Assembly (NCBI RefSeq): GCF_009914755.1
Contig: NC_060929.1
Source: the human T2T-CHM13v2.0 reference genome, Homo sapiens
Strand: one strand, 5' to 3'
Length of the DNA: 64,000 bases
Part shown: piece by piece, positions 1 to 13,152 of the stretch
How the letters are laid out: each line of letters opens with the position of its first letter
How positions within the stretch are numbered: position 1 is the first letter of the stretch
Notes under the pieces: model-generated
What the model was told of the DNA's origin: nothing
Database searches by the model: none
The model's input: the letters and a program-made list of their open reading frames with translations, nothing else
Made by a program: the position numbers and the translations under genes

Positions 1-350
1 GTATATGTTTAACTTGTCACAAAAATTCAAACTTATTTCCAAAATAGTTGTACCTTTTTACAGCCACACCAGCAATGTATGAAAGTTCAAGTTGTTTCTT
101 ATTCAATCCAGCAGTTTGTATTCTCAGTTTTTAAAATTTTATCTATTTTGGTAAGAATGTAGTTTGGCTTAATATACATTATTTTGTGATTTAATAATAC
201 TGACTAGTTTTTTGGGTTTATTGGCCATTTCCAAATCTTCGTTTGTAAAGTACCTATTCAAGTTTTTTTTTTTTTTTAATTGGGTTGTTCGGGTTGTTTG
301 CTTGTGTTTTTTAAACTGGGTTGTTTGCAATTTTATTATTGACACATAAG
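1..350 (-). mobile_element. Old L1 (L1M) ORF2 3' fragment
   Basis: 'tttacagccacaccagcaatgtatgaaagttc' and 'tttattggccattt' match the antisense L1M ORF2 end. Confidence 0.75.
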
Positions 351-355
351 GAAAG

Positions 356-359
356 ACAC

Positions 360-394
<35 letters not shown>

Positions 395-397
395 CAC
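356..397. repeat. (CA)n microsatellite
   Basis: Direct inspection. Confidence 0.95.
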
Positions 398-459
398 TTC
401 TGTTCATCTAAAGACACAATGAAAATAGATGCTATATGTATCAAAGGATATAACTCTGC

Positions 460-1800
460 CGTGATGTTGACTGTGGTTCTTGCCTATTGGTTTGTGGACG
501 TAGAAGCGCTAAATGTCTAGGTGTTAATTGCCCCGTATGATTCAATATGACCCTTCCTGTATTACCAAGAGGAAGTATGCCCCCTTTAAAAAACAGAACT
601 TTTATCCCTGCTGATTCCAGAATTGTGGAAAGAGGATGTACTCATTCTCAAAATGGACCACTGGAAGTGATGGTAAGCAGCAATATTCATACTTCCACTC
701 TTTGGTTCTTGAACCTATGTAATCTTCTGATAGAGGGCACCATTTTATATGAAACTTTTTAATTCAATATGTACACTATGTCTTGATGATGCCCAATCCT
801 GGCAAGGTAATACCACTGAGCTGGTGCTTCAGTTCTGCATTTAACTGGCCATTCCAATGCTCTAATAGAACCCTTATTTACTCAACAAATGGGCTCTTTT
901 GGTTTTTGTTGAATAAATAAGGACTGTATTAGAACATTGGTTTTTCCCCACACCAACTCTCAAACATCTTTTACTGTAAAATGTGTCCTCTGGTCTGTTA
1001 TAAGGTCATAACATATCCCTTTTGGCAGATGTAATACTTTGTGAGCCCTTAGACAGTAGTGCTGATTGAGATCTTACAGGCATAAAATACAAACATACCC
1101 CTTAATTATATATCTATTCCTGTGGAAACAAACCATTAGACCTTCCCAGCTGAAAGAAGTCCAATGTAGTCAACTTGTGAAGTATTCAGTTGGTCTCCTT
1201 GAGGAGCAGAACAAATTAATGTCATTTGCTTTTTGTTGCTGCTAAGTTTGTTACTGAGAAGTGGCACTAACTGGGTCAGGATTGCTAAAAGGGAGTCCAT
1301 GCTATAGTGCCCCATGCATAGCCTCCATCTCTGCTACTGTAGCCCCTTCATTTATGTGACTGTTGTTCCACACTGGGGTTGCCAACGACAAAGTCTGGCT
1401 AACATCAACTAAGTACACTTATTTGTGTGTGTGTGTTTGCGTCTGTGTGTGTGTGTGTCTGTGTGTGTGTGATGGGTGGGACTCTACCATAGTGGACATG
1501 TTTTGGTAGAAATTTACCTGTAATACAAAAATCTTCACACTTCATACCAACTCAAGTATAACCATGCACATCCTCCTACTGTAACCCTCTTTGTCCCAGA
1601 TTTTCCAAATGCTTCTTTTCCAGTCCTTTCAACAACTGGCCAGGCCATTTGCTTCTGTCAATTTGTCCATATATATTCTAATTTGGGACTATATTTCTTT
1701 TCACACAAAGTGAACAACCAAGTACACTGCCAGAAGCTCTGCCCTCTGGGACAATGTTCCCTCTCCACTGTTTTTCTAAGTTGCTTCTGCTCTACAACCA
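460..1800 (-). mobile_element. ERVL internal region (degenerate pol, RNaseH/integrase part), interrupted by a (TG)n tract at ~1424-1471
   Basis: 'gtccaatgtagtcaacttg', 'cccatgcatagcctccatc', 'aaagtgaacaaccaagtacactgccagaagctctgccctctggg' resemble antisense HERVL-type pol. Confidence 0.75.
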
Positions 1801-2623
1801 CATACCATGAAATAGGATGTTTCTCTTCTTTCAGCTAGTTGTACGAAAGTTTCCAGTGGATGGATGTGTCACAGAGAAAGGGGCACTGGTACAACCTTGG
1901 TGTATGACATGAGTATCTGGAATACCTGCTCAGGTAGCTTCCTTTGGTCTTGTTTTGCTTGTACTCAGCCCCAGATTTATCCCTTCCGGCATACAATGCA
2001 TTATTTTTATATCCCCTGAGCACTAAGTCTTTGAAGTTCTGAAAGTGCTGAGGTCATAATGAGCAGTTCTGGATACACGGGCAACTAGTGTCTAATACTA
2101 AGGAATTCCATCTTTATCAGAGCCTAATAGAAATTCAGGAATTGGTTTTCAAATGGCGTATAATTATTCTCTGTAGATGCCATGGCCTTTCTTTGTAAAC
2201 CTAAAGAAATGTGTTGAGATTTTTCCAGTGGAGCTTTCCCCAAACGCTACACAAGATTATTGTTCACAACTGATATTTCACAACTGATGTTCCAACACCA
2301 ACTACATGAGTATCAGCTCATGTAGTCCAATTATTTATTTATTTATTTATTTATTTCACATGTTTTAAGAATAAAGTCTTCATAATCTGAATTTTCAGCT
2401 GTTTTCTCATAATGTTACCACACATAGGTGAATTGTGTCACGTGTTTAAAAAAAATTGCCTATGGATATCAAATCAGTAGGAATTTTCATCCATGAAAAT
2501 CTCAGATATACCTGTGATCTAGATTAAGCAATTATCTTTAAATAAATTTTTTTTGTTTTTGTTTTTTTTAGCCAGTCACATGGAGTTACCTCAGCCTGGG
2601 TTTAATATCCATACGTTTAGTTT

Positions 2624-3459
2624 TGAAGCAGGACAATTTTCCTGACTGCTTTGCAGGCAGAAACTGAAATGCAGGCACTGGAGCTAGCCGGTTGCTTCAG
2701 CCGGCTTCACTAGCTCGGACCCACCACACTCTACTCCTCGCAGGAGGGCGAACACAGCTGAGTGGGTGCAGGAGCTGGGGCGAGTGATTCTGGGTGGCAA
2801 CAGGAGCAAAACTTCATGCAGGCCCCGTGGCAGCATCTATGGGAGTACATATGACTCCTCAAAACACCAAAAGGAGTATTATAGGCAGTGCTGTTTTAGC
2901 TTTGCCATCCACAGATAGCTTAAGTGTTTAACAGCTCAGTGGCCTTTTAGTGAGGGCAGAGGGTCAGCGTGACAGCCTTCGGTATCTCGAGCTCTTGTCC
3001 AGCAACCAGGAAAAATCAAGTTGCACAAACGAAATGAAGGATAGTAAACACAGGGGATTTTATTGCTGATGGAAGTGGCTCTCCGTGGGAAGAGGAGCTG
3101 GAAAGAGGATGGAGCGGGAAGGTGTTCTTCCCCTGAAGTCCAGCCATCTCTGGCCAGGCTCTTCTCCAAAGTCCCACCATCAAGCTATCTCTCTGAAGTC
3201 AAGCTTCTTCTCTCCAATGTTCAGCTGCTGCTTCTCTTCTCTTCTTCTCTGCTCTCTGCCAGTGGAGCCTGGGGTTTCTATGGGTACAGGATGGAGGATG
3301 GAGTGGGCCAAGGTAATTTTGGAAAAGGCAACATTCGAGTGGGAAAAGAGGGATGTAAAGTTTTCACTTTGGGCTACAGTTCCAGGCTTGAGGGCGGGGG
3401 CCCTCACCGGGCACCCTGCCCTTTTCTGCCTAGAATTTCTCTGCCTACTGTCCCTATTA
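2624..3459 (-). mobile_element. ERV1 solo LTR, LTR1/LTR27/LTR28/MER52 group
   Basis: Minus strand starts TAATAGGGACAG..GCAGAGAAATTCTAGGCAG and ends CCTGCTTCA; internal AATAAA; near 4-bp TSD gttt/gttc. Confidence 0.8.
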
Positions 3460-4099
3460 GTTCATGTGGGTCCCAGTACATCTTCATGTATAATACTTGG
3501 TTTTCTCATTTTTTTTAAGTAACATTTTCTTGCCAGTTGGACTTGGGATTGCTAACTCACTTTAGTTTGTCTCCTTTTTGTAGATTATTTTTGTCCATAC
3601 TTTCTGATTTATGCAAAAAAAAAGAAAATTAGAGTATTTCACTAAGGATAGCACTGACTACATCCAATTACTCCCAACATAGGTGCTTAAATCCCCAAAT
3701 ATCTATGTTCAATATATTTAATACAGCATTTCTGTGTGTGAGAATCAAGAATGACGTCTTATATGGGTTTCGTCTGACATCTTGAGCAGAAGTTACAATA
3801 TAAATGTAATATATCTCTTCTTCTTTGTCAAAGCAACTTATATTTGTGAGTCAACCAAATATAATGTTTTGATTATGCACACAACATAATTATATATTAT
3901 TAACGTATTAAAGATACTCATTGATAACATTGCTCAATTTGAAAATATTTTAATCTTTTATCATACCAGAAATTATCCCAGATATTTATATTCATTAAAT
4001 TGTTTAAGTGCCTAGAAAATTCTATGAATTCTGTTGGGATTCTCAAAGTCTATGAAAGAGATGACATTTAAAATTATATTATTGACTATAATAATTATG

Positions 4100-4285
4100 A
4101 ATGATATAATATGTATCAATTTTACTTCAAAATAATACAGTAGTAGAAGTTGGGGGAGTATAGATTTTAAATGATTCACCACAAGTTGGCTAATTTTGAG
4201 CTTGGGTGATGGCTTTATAAGGGTTCATTATACTACTCTCCACTTTTTAAAGTGTTAAATATTTTCACTACAAAAATGTTTGGAA
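4100..4285 (+). mobile_element. Old L1M 3' end fragment
   Basis: 'gggtgatggctttataagggttcattatactactctc' is an L1MB/MC/ME 3'UTR motif. Confidence 0.7.
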
Positions 4286-6189
4286 AATAAATATTATATC
4301 TTCAGATTTCCTTAAAAGTGTTATAAGCAATCATGTAATTATGATATTCACATAATTCCTTCATGACAGCTAAGAAGATACACACTTTGTTTTCAACATT
4401 TAAACTCACCATTTATTACTAAAGTCTTATAGCACATTTGTGCTATCTGAAGCACAATATTTAAAAATTGTTTCTAAATACAAATGCATTGAAGAGCTAA
4501 CAAACCCTAAGCAGAAGTCTCATGATGGAACAAGGCATTGCTATCAATTTCATTTATTGTTAATAACATACTCACAAATGGAGCGATGGTTTTAACTGAA
4601 GCTTAATTTGAGGAAAACACAGCAAATTTCTAAAGCCTTTTTTTCTTTTTTAGTGAGTTTCTTAATGTTAAATTTGAAAATAAAAATGCACACATAATAT
4701 TTTATTGTTGAAAATTAATTTTCATCAGAAATATATTCCCCTCTAAGAAAACAACCTGGAAAGATAATTAGAGAGAAAGAAAAAGGTATGTAAGGAAACA
4801 TGGGAACACTATCTCAAATGAATGTAGCTAGGACTAAATTCAGATTACACTAATACTGAAAACATAATGTCATTTGATACTTTTGAATGCCTTTTGGCAT
4901 GCAGTGCAAGGACCACAGCTGGCCTTTTAGCTTGTTGATTGATAAATTTAATGAAGCCATTCTCCTATATTGTTATTTGTCCTTTTTAAAAACAAAAGGA
5001 GTTTTCATAAATAGTTTGATTAACTTTTAAATGTTTTTCCTCTTCTTCAAGCAATTATTTTCCAGGCAGTATCAACCAAGCACAAAGAGAGCATTTTTAA
5101 ATCATAGCTACTATTTTTCTGTAGCTTCACTTTGACCTAGAAAGAAAGCCTGATATTTTATTCTCATTCTTCTAAGATTCACTAACTTAACTTGAGGGTA
5201 AGCCAAACCACAATTAAAAAATTTCTGCCTTCTTTAAAACAGGCTGTTGCATCCAGGGATGTTTAATGTGCCTAAGGTTGAAGGCACTTTGAATCCATTG
5301 TGGAGGCAGCTTGAGTTATTGAAGAAGGTTGTCTATCTTAGCTATTGTTCAGGTCTGTTCAGATCTGTTCCTCCAAACACTTAGTACGCTCTGAAGGACA
5401 GAAAACCTGGCCTCTTTCCTTTGATAGAATACATTTCTATATATAATGTATGTCTATATGCTGAAAGAGAGAGTAACCCTTTATATGTCTAATTAATCTC
5501 TACACGTTCTTCACAAAATGTCCTCCTTCTATGTAGAAGAGGAGGACGCAGTCAATTTTCTTTTATTTAATAATAACCTTTATCTATTTGCATTTTAGAA
5601 GGTAATACGATAAGGCTTTGGATATTAAAATATCTCTTATCTCTAACTGGAGATAAGGTATGGCGTACTACATTTCTGGAGTCTGAACCAATTAGCCTAA
5701 AGGCAGTACATGCTCCCTCCATGCACCTTTCTTTTCTTTTTTTTTTTTTTTGATAAGGAGCAGTCTTCCCTCTTTGATTTATAGTTCTCATAAGGAAAGT
5801 AATATATTTCATGATTAGTTTTAGTCCCAAGTCATTTGCATATTGAATAAGAGATTCAGAAAAGACTAGGAGAAAATAACTATGTATTTATTTACATTTA
5901 ATAATCAATATGATTTATGCATTCAACACATCTCATAGCTTTTATTTTAAATTAATCTCATGAAAATACATTGACAACATAGCTATTATTTTAGATCACC
6001 TTTTTTATGTTCTAAATTTAAAGGAAATTTAGAACCTTGTTTCTGTCTATGCCTCATTTCAAGATCCTACTGTCTAGAAAAGTTAACTAGATGAACACAG
6101 GTTTTAGTTTTACTTAAATGCAACCTCATCTTGTCTTGTTAGGGACCATTTCAAGTGCCTCTAATATTTGTGATGCCTAAGTGAAACTA

Positions 6190-6440
6190 CTGAGATACAT
6201 TCATGAGCCATCCAGAAATGTAAGGATTTTAACATCCTTCAGGCTACCCTTGGCTGATGAGAGCTGGGAGACAGGACAATGAATAAAATGCCTTCCCCTA
6301 AAGGAAGGAATACCTGATTTTATTATCGTATCAAAGCCAGTGACCTACCGAGATACTGGTAGAATTCTAGACTCAGTACCCTCGCACAATTTTGTACCCT
6401 GGACAATATTCCCAAATAAAGCTTCATCTCAGTCTCTGCC
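6190..6440 (+). mobile_element. LTR16-like ERVL LTR fragment
   Basis: 'ccagaaatgtaaggattttaacatcc..ggctacccttggctgatgagagctggga' and 'cccaaataaa..tctcagtctctg'. Confidence 0.55.
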
Positions 6441-6454
6441 AAAACAGGCTTTTA

Positions 6455-6670
6455 CTCTGGAGCTAGACTGCCTGAGTTCAAATCCTGGCTCTATCTCATA
6501 ATATATGTTACCTTAAAGAGTTATTAACATCTCTGCGCCACTATTTTCTTATATGTAAAATAGAGGTTATTAGACCTACCAATAGTAGTGTTATAAGGAT
6601 TAAAATATATAACATATGTAAATTACTTAGGATATTTTTTAGCCTACAGTGAGCACTATATAAGCATGTG
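6455..6670 (+). mobile_element. MIR SINE
   Basis: 'actctggagctagactgcctgagttcaaatcctggctct' plus MIR core 'tgtaaaatagagg..taaggattaaa'. Confidence 0.9.
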
Positions 6671-8421
6671 ATTTTATTTTACCTGTTACATGTTATCTAA
6701 TAAAAAAATAACTTTATATTTTAGAAATATCCATGGTCACACAAATTGCTTATGGCAAAGGAACTTTTTATAATTTTTTTTCACTCAGAATAAATGCTAT
6801 TCCATATACTTTTGAGGCTCACTTTCATAAAACAACTTTTTCTTAAAATTTACTTTTAGGCTAAAACAATTTATTCACAATCTAAAGCATTTTGTACAAA
6901 ATACCTTTTTCTTTTTGCAATACCTCAGAAACTGTAAGTAAAAGCTCTTAATTTGGACTAATTACACAAGTTAGTTGTCAACACTGACTAAATTTATTAC
7001 ATAACCCAAGTTTAAGAGTTTATTCTATAGCCTTTGAATTATAACTTGTCAAGATTGATTGTGTGTGTATGTATGTGTATGTGTGTGTAAATATATATTA
7101 TATATATGAAGAATATATACATATTATTATAGTGTATGAAGAAAATGGCAGGAAATGTTAGAAGTTTAGGTGATAGGATACAGGCTGATGACATATTTAT
7201 TCACTCGCTATGTAGACTTCAAAATCATTTCATTTCCTATAACAAGAAAGTATATCCTTTCTGTTGAATTGGTGCTCATCCTTATAATTTACTATGTCCT
7301 ATAAAATCGAGCAGGATTGATGTTGTGTAAGATCAGAAGCTAGACCCAAGACACCCAAGACACCCAAGACTTTTCTACTCTCTCTGGAAACCGTGAGATT
7401 ATCAAGTGAAACATATTGGTATGAATGAAAAAACACATGTAAAAGAACCATCTCAGGCAAGGTCACCCAGACCAGTTAGTTCTGCCTGCCCCCATATGTA
7501 TACACATGCTGACCTCGGACACATAAGGCTACCCAAGATTAACCTAGTGCAGCCAATCTCAAAAGAAAGTTCTAAATAATGATACAGACAGGAAGCTGGG
7601 AAACACTAGGCAGAAAAATGAATCTTTATGAATCCAATATTCAGTTTCAACACAGTGAATATATTTTGCTCTAAGTCTATATCTACTCTTCATCCCATAC
7701 CCAACCCTAGGTATTTCTTTAGTCCAATGTAGATAACATATTATTGCATTTACAGATCCTTCAGTATGTATCTGTAAGAAACTTTAAAAATAGTTATTTC
7801 CATATTTTTATTATTCCTAAGGTAGATAGCTATGATTCTTTAATGTTATAAGAAGTGCAGTGTTCACAAGTCCTCCAATATCTCACAGTATTTTTAAATT
7901 AGAGTCAGTTTGTTTGAATCAGGAGAGTATACACATTGCAGTAAATTGGTATAGTTTTATTTTATTTTTTTACAATTTATTCAATAAAGAAACTCATGGC
8001 ATTGACTCTATATAATTTGGCATATTTAAGATTTTGCTAATTGATTTTGCTCATTGTGTATTGTAACCTTTTGTGACACTTAAGATGGTCTGCAGACCTC
8101 TTTATTTCCTGTGAAAAACTACAGTGTTAATCTAATAATTTATGTCCTACTTTTTAATAAGAACACTTCATAGGAGGAGTTGTAAGCTTTCAGCTGTGTC
8201 ACATCAATGGATGATCATGTCTGGTTTTTATTCTCATTGTTATTACTGTGACTGATATAGTTTGTCATTTTACTTTTTTAGTATCAATATAAACTTATAG
8301 TGAAACCAATACCATTATTATTACTGAAATTATGATTACTGAAAACATTCGAAGATGTCCTTGCCTGACACTTTTTTATTTCCCATACCATTTTAAAAAT
8401 TTTTCATATTTATATGTATTT

Positions 8422-8481
8422 AAGTATGGCAAAATATATACAACATAAAATTTACCACTTTAACCATTTTTAAGTGTACAG
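8422..8481 (-). mobile_element. L1MB-type 3' terminal fragment fused to U6
   Basis: Minus strand CTGTACACTTAAAAATGGTTAAAGTGGTAAATTTTATGTTG matches the L1MB 3' end. Confidence 0.8.
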
Positions 8482-8583
8482 AAAAATATAAAACATTTCA
8501 CAATTTGCATGTCCTTATTGGTCAGGCATCATGCTAATCTCTGTATCATTCTAATTTTTGTATATGTGCTGCTAAAGCAACAC
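8482..8583 (-). pseudogene. RNU6: Full-length U6 snRNA retropseudogene
   Basis: Reverse complement GTGTTGCTTTAGCAGCACATATACAAAAATTAGAATGATACAGAGATTAGCATG...CAAATTGTGAAATGTTTTATATTTTT aligns end to end with U6 (about 75-80% identity by eye). Confidence 0.93.
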
Positions 8584-11125
8584 CTTGCATTTCTTTTTGT
8601 CCTTAGGATGTATCTAAATTGTCTGTATTACAAAATTACTGTATTATAAAATCCTATTTAATGATTCTTGATGGACTTTAAACATTTTTGTTACAAATAT
8701 GTTTCACTATTTTGTCATTTGTCATTGTTGATCATAATATTTATTTGTCATAGATATTTTTGACAAGTTACCTAACTAAAATTAACTCTTTTATTGCTTC
8801 TATATTGTGAGTCACAGGTAAGACTATTTTACCTACTTTTAGATTTATAGATGAATCCATACATGTTTCTTCTAATATTTGTATATGCAGTAAGAAAATA
8901 ATTCTGTTTTCTTCATATAACTATGCCATTATCCCAATACCACTTATTATAAAGTACATATTTATTCACCGATTTCTGATGCAACCTTTATGATATACTA
9001 AATTTATATTTGCAAATGTGTCCATTTCCAGATGTGCTATTCTGGCCCATTCATGGTATAATATCTTACTGTCTTAATGATAGAGATACATAATACATTT
9101 CATATAGGACATGGCTGGCATATACCCTTTTCACAATTTTTATAATCACTCTATTCTTGTTTGTTTGTCCATTCACATGAGCTTTGCAATAAACTTTTCT
9201 AGCTCAAAAATGGTGTTTATATTGCAATTATATTACATTTACAAATTGAAATTTTTTATTAATATTCACATGAAAAATTGTTTTACAGTTTCCTCTTTTG
9301 TGCAATTTTTATCAGGTTTTATAATCAATGTTACATTCACCTCATCACAAGAATTTTTGAAGTTTGTTCCTTTTATTTATGCTTTAAAATTGTTGAAGTT
9401 GTACTAGGATTATCTTTAAAGTTCTTTAAAGTAATTCACTTGTGAAATCATTTGAAGCTTAAGTCAAATCATTTTACCATAATATGTGTTGGCTTTGGAT
9501 GCCTGGGAAAAGTTTTTCAGAGGCATGGTATTCCTTTTCAATAGGAAGACATAATTCTTATCTTATTTCGGAAAAAAATTTATTGAATTGCAGTTTTTAA
9601 TATTTATTCTTAGCTCTCGCTTTTGTTTTCATTTTGTCTTTTAATACATGTATTAGAACTACTTTCCCTATCTTTTTTTCTTTCAATTCCTCCCTCATTT
9701 ACGTCTTTCTTTATTTTTGCTTGATTTTAATTTCATTTTTTCTATTTTCTACTGCCTATTTCTTTTACCATATTATTTAGAATATGTATTAATTTTCATT
9801 TTCTATTTAGTTTTGTCTTCACTTTTGAAATTTATTTCTAAATCATTTCTCAACTCTGAGAGAGTTCAGAAGTTCCTTACTGACATAATTTAAAAATTTT
9901 TTTTCTAGTTCTCATTTATTCTTTTTTCATAAATTAATTTCCTTGCTTATTTTGAAATATTAAGCTAGTCTTCCCACCAAAAAAAATGTTAAGTCGGAAG
10001 GTCATGTTATTTTGGTATGTCTTTGCTGTTTGAAAATAGTTTATTTTGCTCACAATTTTCTTTTTACCTGGATTGAGTTTGTATGGAATTCATCTACATC
10101 CTATTGTATTATAAATATTTACACGAGATGGGGTTTTTTTAAGTATTTTTCAAATTAAATTACCCAGTATGCGAATCTGCCAGAATAACTTTCATAGCTT
10201 TATGACTCCAGAGCTTTCTATAGTGAAGCATCAACAAGTTAGTTCAAGTACTATTTGAGAACCTTCTTTTTTTCCCCCTTCTTCATTGTAATCAATATTT
10301 TCTGTCTCTCTTTCTATGTTTCTCTCTTCCTGTTAGAATTTTTTTCTTGCTGAATTTGTATTCTATTCCCAACAGTTTCTCTTTAGCATGGGCTTTCTCC
10401 TTGAAGAAACCTTCTCTGGCTGGTTGATTTCAAACTTCCATGACACCCAGACAATCTCAGCACTAACACTCTTGACTTCCCTCAAACCCACCTTGAAATG
10501 GAGAGAGCAAAGCCTCCTCTGCTGTTGTTTAGCTATTTTCCTCAGATTGTTCCATCTGACTTCTACTCAAGAGTGTCTTCTCTTGCTTTCTGAATGAATC
10601 ATTTTTAGCAGTTTCTGGGTATACCAACATCAGAGCTGCCAGAAATTATTTTAACTTCTTTCTAGTTTCTCACATGCTGTTAATTATATACAAAGGTGTT
10701 GTTTATGTTGGTAGTTTGGCACAGATCAATGGAATTTGGAACTTTTTAATGCTACCTTTTTACCTACATTTGTTCAAAATAATTTTGATGTTTTACTTAT
10801 TTACTTGTTTCTTTCTTAACATATTATTCCTGGTGTCTATTTTCTTGGGAAACTCAGAAAGACTTAAACGCACTGCTGCTCCACAAACAGTATTTTTTTG
10901 GTTACTGTTTTTTTTATTAAAAAAGAAAACAAACAACCATTATTCTTTTCTCCTTTGGTCAGGCCTTTCTGAATCTAGTGAGAAAATATGCTTAATAATT
11001 GAAATAACTGTATCCAGAATTTATCCAGAGTTTCTGCATTAATTATGGTACTCTCATGAATGTGCTGTGTTTCCAAAATAAATCTTGAAATCTCAGTGAT
11101 AAAACACAGTAAAAAAATGGTTTTT

Positions 11126-11970
11126 CAAACAACCCCATCAAAAAGTGGGTGAAGGATATGAACATACACTTCTCAAAAGAAGACATTTATGTGGCCAACA
11201 CACATATTAAAAAAAGCTCATCATCATTGGTCATTAGAAAAATGTAAATCAAAATCACAATGAGATACCATCTCACACCAGTTGGAATGCCAATCATTAA
11301 AAATTCGGGAAACAACAGATGCTGGAGAGGATGTGGAGAAATAACACTTTTACACTGTTGGTGGCGTGTAAATTAGTTCAACCATTGTGGAAGACAGTGT
11401 AGCAGTTCCTCAAGGATATAGAACCAGTAATACCATTTGACCCAGCCATCCCATTACTGGGTATATACCCAAAGGATTATAAATCATTCTACTATAATGA
11501 CATATGCACACATAAGTTTATTGCAGCACTATTCACAATAGTAAAGACTTAGAACCAACCCAAACGCCCATCAATGGTAGACTGGGTAAAGAAGATGTGG
11601 CACATATATATCATGGAATACTATGCAGCCATTAAAAAGGGATTAGTTCATGTCCTTTGCAGGGACATGGATGAAGCTGGAAACCATCATTCTTAGCAAA
11701 CTAACACAGGATCAGAAAACCAAAAATTGCATGTTCTCACTCATAAGTGGGAGTTGAACAATGACAACACGTGGACACAGGGAGGGGAACATCATGCACT
11801 GGGGCCTGTTGGGGGGTGGGGGGCTGGGGGAGGCATAGCATTAGGAGAAATGCCTAATGTAGTTGACAGGTTGATGAGTGCAACAAACCACCATGGAACG
11901 TGTATACCTATATCACAAACCTGCACATTCTGCACATGTATCCCAGAACTTACAGTATAATAAAAAAAAT
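11126..11970 (+). mobile_element. 5'-truncated L1PA7-like element
   Basis: ORF2 C-terminus and 3'UTR (ctaacacagga, gtatcccagaactta), poly(A); TSD 11111-11125 / 12120-12134. Confidence 0.92.
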
Positions 11971-12337
11971 TTACAAACCCACAGAAAAGTAAAAATATAT
12001 GACAAACCACTCTTTTGTACACCATCCATCTAGATGTACAAGTTGTTAACATATTTCTAAAAAAAATCACTGAGTTGTATACTTTAAAATGATTAATTAT
12101 ATCTCAATTTAAAAAAAAAAAAAGAATGGTTTTTATTCACATGTAGTCCAATGCTGCTTGGTTGATTTCTGCTAACTAGTGACTCAAGAATTTTCTTGTC
12201 ATATCAAGAGCTTCAAAGGGAAGAGTTCTTATGAGAATTTTACAGAGACTTTTATTATATTATTTTTGCTCATATATTTTATTATATTATTTCTGCTCAT
12301 ATCTCTTTGCCAGGATTGGCACAAATCCCAAAGCAAG

Positions 12338-12693
12338 TATGTTAGTCTGTTCTCACACTGCTATTAAAAACATACCCGAAATTGGGTAACTTATAAAGGA
12401 AAGAGGTTTAATTGACTCACAGTTCCACGTGGCTGGGGAGGCCTCAGAATTATGGCGGAAGGTGAATAAGGAGCAAATTCACATCTTACATGGTAGCAGG
12501 CAAGAGAGCTTGTGCAGAGGCACTCCCATTTATAAAACCAGCAGATCTCGTGAGACTTAGTCACTACCACAAGAACAGTATGGGGAAAACTGCCCCCATG
12601 ATTTAATTATCTCCATATGGCCCAGCCCTTGACATGTGAGGATTATTACAATTCAAGGTGAGATTTGGGTGGGGACACAGCCAAACCATATCA
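12338..12693 (-). mobile_element. THE1B/C solo LTR
   Basis: Ends tatgttagtctgttctc ... gccaaaccatatca; 5-bp TSD GCAAG on both sides. Confidence 0.92.
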
Positions 12694-13152
12694 GCAAGAA
12701 ATTAGAAAATATGGGTGATGTTTCATAAGCAATAAATACCTATACCATATTTTTTCCTCCTAGTTTGTAAATTTCACTTTCATTCCATGCACAGATTTGA
12801 CTGCATTACATTTAGACAATATTCAACTTCTCTTCAAGGAAACATCTGTCCCATGAAATTTTGGAGTTACAAGAAAAGCACACCCCAGCACTGTCCATGC
12901 AGATGCTATTTTACTTATTCTATCCACTTAGTAACTAAGTAATAATAATAATAATGACAACAACAACAATAGAAAGCTTATGTAAACACTTCAAACAGGC
13001 ACTGGGAAATTAATGCAGTTGAGAGTCCTTGAGAGAAGAGAAGCACATAAAGTGAACTATCAGTCTTGCACTCTGGCTTTCTTTCTGTCTAGGAGCACTT
13101 CCAAAATCACAGTGCAGGTAAATAGAATTCAAACAGAAAATGGCAATATCAC

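Larger units (their letters stand above)
7650..10600 (-). mobile_element. Fragmented ancient L1 (L1MC4/5-like)
   Basis: 'tttgtttgaatcagga..acacattgca', 'attatcccaataccacttatt', T-rich antisense L1 composition; boundaries approximate. Confidence 0.55.

Noticed and set aside
2936-3522. Overlapping 75-151 aa ORFs
   Set aside because: They lie almost entirely within a GC-richer solo LTR and resemble no protein I recognise
9111-11042. Hydrophobic F/L/I-rich ORFs
   Set aside because: Compositional artefact of T-rich, largely antisense-L1 DNA
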